Of a stretch of 64,000 bases of DNA, positions 52,917 through 64,000 are shown one piece after another; the first letter of the stretch is position 1; every line of letters starts with the position of its first letter. Below the pieces are notes generated by a model, which saw nothing but the letters and a program-made list of their open reading frames with translations, made no database searches and had not been told where the DNA came from. A program made the translations under genes and the position numbers. Source of the DNA: the human T2T-CHM13v2.0 reference genome, Homo sapiens; assembly GCF_009914755.1 (NCBI RefSeq), contig NC_060948.1. One strand, given 5' to 3'.

Positions 52917-55900
52917 ACTGGAATGGAATGTACATGAATGGAATGTAATCGAATGGAAAGCAATCCAATGGAATAGAATCTAATGCAATAAAATCGAGTC
53001 AAATAGAGTAGAATGTAATGGAATGGAGTGCAGTGCAATGGAATGGAATGGAATGGAATGCAATGGAATGGAATGGAATGGAATGGGATGGAATGGTATG
53101 GAATGGATAGTAATGGACTGGAGTGAAATGGACTGGAAAAGAATGGACTCAAATTGAAAGGGCTCGAAAGGAATGGAGTCAAATGGAATGGTCTGGAATG
53201 GAATGAACACGAATGTAATGCAATCCAATAGAATGGAATCGAATGGCATGGAATATAAAGAAATGGAATCGAAGAGAATGGAAACAAATGGAATGGAATT
53301 GAATGGAATGGAATTGAATGGAATGGGAACGAATGGAGTGAAATTGTATGCAGTAGAAGAGAATAGAATGGAATGCAAGCGAAAGGAAAGGAATGGATTG
53401 GAATGGAATGGAATTCATTGGAATGGAAGGGAATGTAGTGTAATGGACAGGCCTGGAATAAAGTGGAATGCTACGGTCTCGAATGGAATAAAAATGTATG
53501 GAATGGAATGCAATGAAACGGAATCGAATGTCATAGAATGTAATGGAATGCAAAAAAATGGAATCCAAAATCATTGACTGGAAAGGCTGGGTGTCGAAAG
53601 GAATTGACTCCAATGGAATGGAATCGAATGGAATGGAAGTGAATAGAATCGAACTAAATCGAATGGAATGGAATTGATAGGAACGGAATGGAAAGGAATG
53701 CAATGATTTGGCATGGAATGGAATCGAATGGCATCGAATGGAATGGAATGGAATGCAATGGAATGGAATGTATTAGAATGTAATGAACTTTAATGGAATG
53801 TACTCGAATGGATTCGACTGGAATGGAATGTTCTGGAAGTGAATGGACTCCAATGGAATGGATTCGAAAGGAATGGAAACTAATGGAATGGAATTAAACG
53901 GAAATGAATCAAATAGAATAGAACGGAATTGAATTGAATGGAATCGAATGCAATGGAATCTAATGAAACGGAAAGGAATGGAATGGAATGGGCTGGAATG
54001 GAATGGAATCGAAACGAATGGAATGGAATCGAACTGAAGAGACTGGAATGGAATGCACTGGAATGGAAGGGAATGTAATGGAAGGTTCTCGAAAAAAATG
54101 GAATCGAAAGGAATGGAATTGAATGGAACGGAATAGAGTCGAATGGAATTCAATGGAATGGAATGGACTAGAGTGAAATGGAATCGAACCACAAGGAATG
54201 GACAGGAATAGAATGGTCTCGAATTGAATGGAATCGTATGGAATGGCATCAAACGGAATGGAATGGACAGCCACGGAATGGAATGGACACCCACGGAATG
54301 GAATGCACTCGAATGCAATGGAGTCGACACTAATGGACTGGAATAGAATGGACTCGACTGGTACGGACTCCAATGGAATGGAATCGAATGGAAGGGAATC
54401 GAACGGAATGGACTCGAAGGGAAAAGACTGCAATGGAATGGTCTCGAATGGAATGGAAATTAATGGAATGGAATGGAATCGAATGAAATGGAGTCAAAAG
54501 GAATGGAATCGAATGGCAAGAAATCGAATGTAATGGAATCGCAAGGAATTGATGTGAACGGAACGGAATGGAATGGAATCCAAAGGAATGGAATAGAATG
54601 GAATGGAATCGAATGGAAAGGACTCGAATGGAAATCACTCGAATAGAATGCAATTTAATAAAATAGGATCAAATGTAATGGAATGGAATGGAAAGGAATC
54701 GAAACGAAAGGAATGGAGACAGATGGAATGGAATGGAACAGAGAGCAATGGTATAGAATGGAATGGAATCATCTGGAATGGAATTGAATGGAATGGAATA
54801 ATATGAAATGGAATGGAATGGAATGGAATGCCCTTGAATTAAATGGACTGGAATGCAATGGACTCGAACAGAGTGGAATGGAAAGTGTTGAAATAGAATG
54901 GAATGGACTCGTTTGGAATGGTCTAGTATGCAATGCAATCGACTGGCAGGGAATCAAAAGGAATGTAATCGAATGGATTGGACTGGAATGCAATGGACTC
55001 GAATAGATTGGAAACGGAAAGCAAAGGAATGGAATGGAATAGTATGGAATGGAATGCAAAGGAATGGAGTGGAATAGACTAGAGTGGAATGGAATGGACT
55101 CGAAAGCAATGGACTGGAATGGAACTTTCTTGAATGGACTGGAATCAAACGGAATGGAATGCAATGCAATCAAATGGCATGGAATAAAATAGAATGAAAG
55201 AGAATCAAATGGAATTGAATCGAATGGAATCGAATGGATTGGAAAGGAATAGAATGGAATGGAATGGAATTGACTCAAATGGAATGGACTAGAATGGAAT
55301 GGATTCGAATGGAAGGCAAAGGAATGGAATCTATTGGAATGGACTGTAATGGAATGGAATGGAAGGGATTGGAATGGACTCGAATGGAATGGACTGCAGT
55401 AGAAAGGATTCGAATGGAATGAAAAAGAATTGAATGGAATAGAACAGAATGGAATCAAATCGAATGAAATGGAATGGAATAGAAAGGAATGGAATGAAAT
55501 GGAATGGAAAGGATTCGAATGGAATGCAATCGAATGGAATGCAATCGAATGGAATGGAATCGAACGGAATGGAATAAAATGGAAGAAAACTGGCAAGAAA
55601 TGGAATCGAAATGAATGGAGTGTTATGGAACGGACTCAAAAGGAATTGAATGTAATAGAATGGAGTGGAGTGGACTCGAATATAATGGACTGGAATGGAA
55701 TGAAATCACATGGAATGGGAACGAATGGAATGGAATGGAAAGGAATGGAATCGAATGCAAAGGAATCCAATGGAAGGGAATGAAATTGAATCAACAGGAA
55801 TGGAAGGGAGTAGAATAGACGGTAATGGAATGGACTCGAATAGAATGGACACGAATGCTCAAATTGAATGGACTCGAATGGAATGGCAACGAAAGGAATG

Positions 55901-58900
55901 TCATCGAATGGAATTGAATCGATTGGAATGAAATCACATAGAATGGAGTGGAATCAAATGGAATTGAATCGAAAGGAAAGGAAGCGAATGGACTGAAATG
56001 AAATGGAATGGAATTGAATGGAAATTAATTCAATGGCATAGAATGGAACGAAATTTCACGGAATGGAATCAAACTGAATGGAATCAAATCAATGGAATAT
56101 AATCAAATGGAATGGAAAGGAATTGAATGGAGTAGATTGAATTGGATGGGATTGGAATGAAATGTACTGGAAAGGACTCGAATTTCATGAAACGGAATGG
56201 AATGAATTAGAACGGAATGGACTCGAATGGAATGGAATGTCATGGAATGGCATCAAATGGAATGGGATCGAATGCGATGGAATGCTATGGAATGGAATGG
56301 AATGCATTGGAATGGAATGTCCTCTAATGGAATGTATTCGAGTGGAATGGAATCGAATATAATGGAGTCTAATGAAATGGAATTGAAAGGAATGGGACCG
56401 AATACAATGGAATATACTGGAATGTAATGTAATGAACTCGAATGTAATTGACTGGAATGGAATGTACATGAATGGAATGTAATCGAATGGAAAGCAATCC
56501 AATGGAATAGAATCTAATGCAATAAAATCGACTCAAATAGAGTAGAATGTAATGGAATGGAGTGCAGTGCAATGGAATGGAATGGAATGGAATGCAATGG
56601 AATGGAATGGAATGGAATGGGATGGAATGGTATGGAATGGATAGTAATGGACTGGAGTGAAATGGACTGGAAAAGAATGGACTCAAATTGAAAGGGCTCG
56701 AAAGGAATGGAGTCAAATGGAATGGTCTGGAATGGAATGAACATGAATGTAATGCAATCCAATAGAATGGAATCGAATGGCATGGAATATAAAGAAATGG
56801 AATCGAAGAGAATGGAAACAAATGGAATGGAATTGAATGGAATGGAATTGAATGGAATGGGAACGAATGGAGTGAAATTGTATGCAGTAGAAGAGAATAG
56901 AATGGAATGCAAGCGAAAGGAAAGGAATGGATTGGAATGGAATGGAATTCATTGGAATGGAAGGGAATGTAGTGTAATGGACAGGCCTGGAATAAAGTGG
57001 AATGCTACGGTCTCGAATGGAATAAAAATGTATGGAATGGAATGCAATGAAACGGAATCGAATGTCATAGAATGTAATGGAATGCAAAAAAATGGACTCC
57101 AAAATCATTGACTGGAAAGGCTGGGTGTCGAAAGGAATTGACTCCAATGGAATGGAATCGAATGGAATGGAAGTGAATAGAATCGAACTAAATCGAATGG
57201 AATGGAATTGATAGGAACGGAATGGAAAGGAATGCAATGATTTGGCATGGAATGGAATCGAATGGCATCGAATGGAATGGAATGGAATGCAATGGAATGG
57301 AATGTATTAGAATGTAATGAACTTTAATGGAATGTACTCGAATGGATTCGACTGGAATGGAATGTTCTCGAAGTGAATGGACTCCAATGGAATGGATTCG
57401 AAAGGAATGGAATCTAATGGAATGGAATTAAATGGAAATGAATCAAATTGAATAGAACGGAATTGAATTGAATGGAATCGAATGCAATGGAATCTAATGA
57501 AACGGAAAGGAAAGGAATGGAATGGATTGGAATGGAATGGGCTGGAATGGAATGGAATCGAAACGAATGGAATGGAATCGAACTGAAGAGACTGGAATGG
57601 AATGCACTGGAATGGAAGGGAATGTAATGGAAGGTTCTCGAAAAAAATGGAATCGAAAGGAAAGGAACTGAATGGAACGGAATAGAGTCGAATGGAATTC
57701 AATGGAATGGAATGGACTAGAGTGAAATGGAATCGAACCACAAGGAATGGACAGGAATAGAATGGTCTCGAATTGAATGGAATCGTATGGAATGGCATCA
57801 AACGGAATGGAATGGACAGCCACGGAATGGAATGGACACCCACGGAATGGAATGCACTCGAATGCAATGGAGTCGACACTAATGGACTGGAATAGAATGG
57901 ACTCGACTGGTACGGACTCCAATGGAATGGAATCGAATGGAAGGGAATCGAACGGAATGGACTCGAAGGGAAAAGGCTGCAATGGAAAGGTCTCCAATGG
58001 AATGGAAATTAATGGAATGGAATGGAATCGAATGAAATGGAGTCAAAAGGAATGGAATCGAATGGCAAGAAATCGAATGTAATGGAATCGCAAGGAATTG
58101 ATGTGAACGGAACGGAATGGAATGGAATCCAAAGGAATGGAATAGAATGGAATGGAATCGAATGGAAAGGACTCGAATGGAAATCACTCGAATAGAATGC
58201 AATTTAATAAAATAGGATCAAATGTAATGGAATGGAATGGAAAGGAATCGAAACGAAAGGAATGGAGACAGATGGAATGGAATGGAACAGAGAGCAATGG
58301 TATAGAATGGAATGGAATCATCTGGAATGGAAGTGAATTGAATGGAATAATATGAAATGGAATGGAATTTAATGGAATGGAATGCCCTTGTATTAAATGG
58401 ACTGGAATGGAATGGACTCGAACAGAGTGGAATGGAAAGTGTTGAAATAGAATGGAATGGACTCGTTTGGAATGGTCTAGTATGCAATGCAATCGACTGG
58501 CAGGGAATCAAAAGGAATGTAATCGAATGGATTGGACTGGAATGCAATGGACTCGAATAGATTGGAAACGGAAAGCAAAGGAATGGAATGGAATAGTATG
58601 GAATGGAATGGAAAGGAATGGAGAGGAATAGACTAGAGTGGAATGGAATGGACTCGAAAGCAATGGACTGGAATGGAACTTTCTTGAATGGACTGGAATC
58701 AAACGGAATGGAATGCAATGCAATCAAATGGCATGGAATAAAATAGAATGAAAGAGAATGAAATGGAATTGAATCGAATGGAATCGAATGGATTGGAAAG
58801 GAATAGAATGGAATGGAACGGAATTGACTCAAATGGAATGGACTAGAATGGAATGGATTCGAATGGAAGGCAAAGGAATGGAATCTATTGGAATGGACTG

Positions 58901-61900
58901 TAATGGAATGGAATGGAAGGGATTGGAATGGACTCGAATGGAATGGACTGCAATAGAAAGGATTCGAATGGAATGAAAAAGAATTGAATGGAATAGAACA
59001 GAATGGAATCAAATCGAATGAAATGGAATGGAATAGAAAGGAATGGAATGAAATGGAATGGAAAGGATTCGAATGGAATGCAATCGAATGGAATGAAATC
59101 GAATGGAATGGAATCGAACGGAATGGAATAAAATGGAAGAAAACTGGCAAGAAATGGAGTCGAAATGAATGGAGTGTTATGGAACGGACTCAAAAGGAAT
59201 TGAATGTAATAGAATGGAGTGGAGTGGACTCGAATATAATGGACTGGAATGGAATGAAATCACATGGAATGGGAACGAATGGAATGGAATGGAAAGGAAT
59301 GGAATCGAATGGAAAGGAATCGAATGGAAGGGAATGAAATTGAATCAACAGGAATGGAAGGGAGTAGAATCGACGGTAATGGAATGGACTCGAATAGAAT
59401 GGACACGAATGCTCAAATTGAATGGACTCGAATGGAATGGAAACGAAAGGAATGTCATCGAATGGAATTGAATCGATTGGAATGAAATCACATAGAATGG
59501 AGTGGAATCAAATGGAATTGAATCGAAAGGAAAGGAAGCGAATGGACTGAAATGAAATGGAATGGAATTGAATGGAAATTAATGCAATGGAATAGAATGG
59601 AACGAAATTTCACGGAATGGAATCAAACTGAATGGAATCAAATCAATGGAATATAATCAAATGGAATGGAAAGGAATTGAATGGAGTAGATTGGATTGGA
59701 TGGGATTGGAATGAAATGTACTGGAAAGGACTCGAATTTCATGAAACGGAATGGAATGAATTAGAACGGAATGGACTCGAATGGAATGGAATGTCATGGA
59801 ATGGCATCAAATGGAATGGAATCGAATGCGATGGAATGCTATGGAATGGAATGGAATGCATTGGAATGGAATGTCCTCTGATGGAATGGATTCGAGTGGA
59901 ATGGAATCGAATATAATGGAGTCTAATGAAATAGAATTGAAAGGAATGGGACCGAATACAATGGAATATACTGGAATGTAATGTAATGAACTCGAATGTA
60001 ATTGACTGGAATGGAATGTACATGAATGGAATGTAATCGAATGGAAAGCAATCCAATGGAATAGAATCTAATGCAATAAAATCGAGTCAAATAGAGTAGA
60101 ATGTAATGGAATGGAGTGCAGTGCAATGGAATGGAATGGAATGGAATGCAATGGAATGGAATGGAATGGAATGGGATGGAATGGTATGGAATGGATAGTA
60201 ATGGACTGGAGTGAAATGGACTGGAAAAGAATGGACTCAAATTGAAAGGGCTCGAAAGGAATGGAGTCAAATGGAATGGTCTGGAATGGAATGAACACGA
60301 ATGTAATGCAATCCAATAGAATGGAATCGAATGGCATGGAATATAAAGAAATGGAATCGAAGAGAATGGAAACAAATGGAATGGAATTGAATGGAATGGA
60401 ATTGAATGGAATGGGAACGAATGGAGTGAAATTGTATGCAGTAGAAGAGAATAGAATGGAATGCAAGCGAAAGGAAAGGAATGGATTGGAATGGAATGGA
60501 ATTCATTGGAATGGAAGGGAATGTAGTGTAATGGACAGGCCTGGAATAAAGTGGAATGCTACGGTCTCGAATGGAATAAAAATGTATGGAATGGAATGCA
60601 ATGAAACGGAATCGAATGTCATAGAATGTAATGGAATGCAAAAAAATGGAATCCAAAATCATTGACTGGAAAGGCTGGGTGTCGAAAGGAATTGACTCCA
60701 ATGGAATGGAATCGAATGGAATGGAAGTGAATAGAATCGAACTAAATCGAATGGAATGGAATTGATAGGAACGGAATGGAAAGGAATGCAATGATTTGGC
60801 ATGGAATGGAATCGAATGGCATCGAATGGAATGGAATGGAATGCAATGGAATGGAATGTATTAGAATGTAATGAACTTTAATGGAATGTACTCGAATGGA
60901 TTCGACTGGAATGGAATGTTCTGGAAGTGAATGGACTCCAATGGAATGGATTCGAAAGGAATGGAAACTAATGGAATGGAATTAAACGGAAATGAATCAA
61001 ATAGAATAGAACGGAATTGAATTGAATGGAATCGAATGCAATGGAATCTAATGAAACGGAAAGGAATGGAATGGAATGGGCTGGAATGGAATGGAATCGA
61101 AACGAATGGAATGGAATCGAACTGAAGAGACTGGAATGGAATGCACTGGAATGGAAGGGAATGTAATGGAAGGTTCTCGAAAAAAATGGAATCGAAAGGA
61201 ATGGAATTGAATGGAACGGAATAGAGTCGAATGGAATTCAATGGAATGGAATGGACTAGAGTGAAATGGAATCGAACCACAAGGAATGGACAGGAATAGA
61301 ATGGTCTCGAATTGAATGGAATCGTATGGAATGGCATCAAACGGAATGGAATGGACAGCCACGGAATGGAATGGACACCCACGGAATGGAATGCACTCGA
61401 ATGCAATGGAGTCGACACTAATGGACTGGAATAGAATGGACTCGACTGGTACGGACTCCAATGGAATGGAATCGAATGGAAGGGAATCGAACGGAATGGA
61501 CTCGAAGGGAAAAGACTGCAATGGAATGGTCTCGAATGGAATGGAAATTAATGGAATGGAATGGAATCGAATGAAATGGAGTCAAAAGGAATGGAATCGA
61601 ATGGCAAGAAATCGAATGTAATGGAATCGCAAGGAATTGATGTGAACGGAACGGAATGGAATGGAATCCAAAGGAATGGAATAGAATGGAATGGAATCGA
61701 ATGGAAAGGACTCGAATGGAAATCACTCGAATAGAATGCAATTTAATAAAATAGGATCAAATGTAATGGAATGGAATGGAAAGGAATCGAAACGAAAGGA
61801 ATGGAGACAGATGGAATGGAATGGAACAGAGAGCAATGGTATAGAATGGAATGGAATCATCTGGAATGGAATTGAATGGAATGGAATAATATGAAATGGA

Positions 61901-64000
61901 ATGGAATGGAATGGAATGCCCTTGAATTAAATGGACTGGAATGCAATGGACTCGAACAGAGTGGAATGGAAAGTGTTGAAATAGAATGGAATGGACTCGT
62001 TTGGAATGGTCTAGTATGCAATGCAATCGACTGGCAGGGAATCAAAAGGAATGTAATCGAATGGATTGGACTGGAATGCAATGGACTCGAATAGATTGGA
62101 AACGGAAAGCAAAGGAATGGAATGGAATAGTATGGAATGGAATGCAAAGGAATGGAGTGGAATAGACTAGAGTGGAATGGAATGGACTCGAAAGCAATGG
62201 ACTGGAATGGAACTTTCTTGAATGGACTGGAATCAAACGGAATGGAATGCAATGCAATCAAATGGCATGGAATAAAATAGAATGAAAGAGAATCAAATGG
62301 AATTGAATCGAATGGAATCGAATGGATTGGAAAGGAATAGAATGGAATGGAATGGAATTGACTCAAATGGAATGGACTAGAATGGAATGGATTCGAATGG
62401 AAGGCAAAGGAATGGAATCTATTGGAATGGACTGTAATGGAATGGAATGGAAGGGATTGGAATGGACTCGAATGGAATGGACTGCAGTAGAAAGGATTCG
62501 AATGGAATGAAAAAGAATTGAATGGAATAGAACAGAATGGAATCAAATCGAATGAAATGGAATGGAATAGAAAGGAATGGAATGAAATGGAATGGAAAGG
62601 ATTCGAATGGAATGCAATCGAATGGAATGCAATCGAATGGAATGGAATCGAACGGAATGGAATAAAATGGAAGAAAACTGGCAAGAAATGGAATCGAAAT
62701 GAATGGAGTGTTATGGAACGGACTCAAAAGGAATTGAATGTAATAGAATGGAGTGGAGTGGACTCGAATATAATGGACTGGAATGGAATGAAATCACATG
62801 GAATGGGAACGAATGGAATGGAATGGAAAGGAATGGAATCGAATGCAAAGGAATCCAATGGAAGGGAATGAAATTGAATCAACAGGAATGGAAGGGAGTA
62901 GAATAGACGGTAATGGAATGGACTCGAATAGAATGGACACGAATGCTCAAATTGAATGGACTCGAATGGAATGGCAACGAAAGGAATGTCATCGAATGGA
63001 ATTGAATCGATTGGAATGAAATCACATAGAATGGAGTGGAATCAAATGGAATTGAATCGAAAGGAAAGGAAGCGAATGGACTGAAATGAAATGGAATGGA
63101 ATTGAATGGAAATTAATTCAATGGCATAGAATGGAACGAAATTTCACGGAATGGAATCAAACTGAATGGAATCAAATCAATGGAATATAATCAAATGGAA
63201 TGGAAAGGAATTGAATGGAGTAGATTGAATTGGATGGGATTGGAATGAAATGTACTGGAAAGGACTCGAATTTCATGAAACGGAATGGAATGAATTAGAA
63301 CGGAATGGACTCGAATGGAATGGAATGTCATGGAATGGCATCAAATGGAATGGGATCGAATGCGATGGAATGCTATGGAATGGAATGGAATGCATTGGAA
63401 TGGAATGTCCTCTAATGGAATGTATTCGAGTGGAATGGAATCGAATATAATGGAGTCTAATGAAATGGAATTGAAAGGAATGGGACCGAATACAATGGAA
63501 TATACTGGAATGTAATGTAATGAACTCGAATGTAATTGACTGGAATGGAATGTACATGAATGGAATGTAATCGAATGGAAAGCAATCCAATGGAATAGAA
63601 TCTAATGCAATAAAATCGACTCAAATAGAGTAGAATGTAATGGAATGGAGTGCAGTGCAATGGAATGGAATGGAATGGAATGCAATGGAATGGAATGGAA
63701 TGGAATGGGATGGAATGGTATGGAATGGATAGTAATGGACTGGAGTGAAATGGACTGGAAAAGAATGGACTCAAATTGAAAGGGCTCGAAAGGAATGGAG
63801 TCAAATGGAATGGTCTGGAATGGAATGAACATGAATGTAATGCAATCCAATAGAATGGAATCGAATGGCATGGAATATAAAGAAATGGAATCGAAGAGAA
63901 TGGAAACAAATGGAATGGAATTGAATGGAATGGAATTGAATGGAATGGGAACGAATGGAGTGAAATTGTATGCAGTAGAAGAGAATAGAATGGAATGCAA
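52917..64000 (+). repeat. DYZ1 units U16 (52917-56450), U17 (56451-60004), U18 (60005-63538) and partial U19 (63539-64000)
   Basis: U16 matches U18, and the U17 head matches U19, at a 7088-bp offset (caatggaatggtctcg, gaatccaatggaagg, aatgggatcg, aacatgaatg). Confidence 0.85.

Larger units (their letters stand above)
1..64000 (+). repeat. DYZ1: Human satellite 3 (HSat3) array, DYZ1 family (Yq12 heterochromatin); degenerate (GGAAT)n in ~3.5 kb tandem units
   Basis: GGAAT/AATGG pentamers with AATCG, ACTCG and ACTGG variants run from end to end. Unique landmarks (acaggcctgg, ctgggtgtcg, aatgcccttg, gctcaaattg) recur every 3498-3554 bp. The DYZ1 primer sites and 5n-1 unit lengths are present (the published DYZ1 unit is 3564 bp = 713x5-1). 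Confidence 0.97.

Noticed and set aside
64-64000. Hundreds of ORFs (MEWNG.. on +, FHSIP.. on -), up to 318 aa
   Set aside because: These are the automatic translations of stop-free (GGAAT)n/(ATTCC)n. They overlap in all frames, have no domain-like content and are broken by frameshifts and stops between units.
1-64000. CRISPR-like or other prokaryotic repeat-spacer system
   Set aside because: There is no constant repeat separated by unique spacers and no cas-like ORFs. The sequence is a degenerate pentamer satellite.
1-64000. DYZ2/HSat1B blocks, Alu or L1 insertions, inversions, telomeric repeats
   Set aside because: I saw no AT-rich or Alu sequence, no switch to ATTCC on the + strand and no TTAGGG tracts.

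Overview
The whole 64 kb window is one uninterrupted, single-orientation array of human satellite 3, (GGAAT)n on the + strand. It is organised as about 18.1 tandem copies of a ~3.5 kb unit (3498-3554 bp) that matches DYZ1 of Yq12 heterochromatin. The match rests on the Y1.1/Y1.2 sexing-PCR primer sites 154 bp apart, a StuI/HaeIII site per unit, four pentamer register shifts per unit and 5n-1 unit lengths. I see no genes, transposons, DYZ2 blocks or inversions, and every listed ORF is a by-product of translating the pentamer. The informative structure is in the variants between units. The left half has an A-B-C trimer-like order (A B C C A B C A' A'). A lineage switch at ~31-33 kb is marked by a 20-bp duplication, the right half shows dimeric ~7.07 kb periodicity, and there are several conversion-like tracts. 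The most notable functional signal is three perfect heat-shock elements (nGAAnnTTCnnGAAn) per unit, one of which is lost in the C lineage. I found no new protein-coding system. All unit comparisons were made by eye, not by computed alignment.
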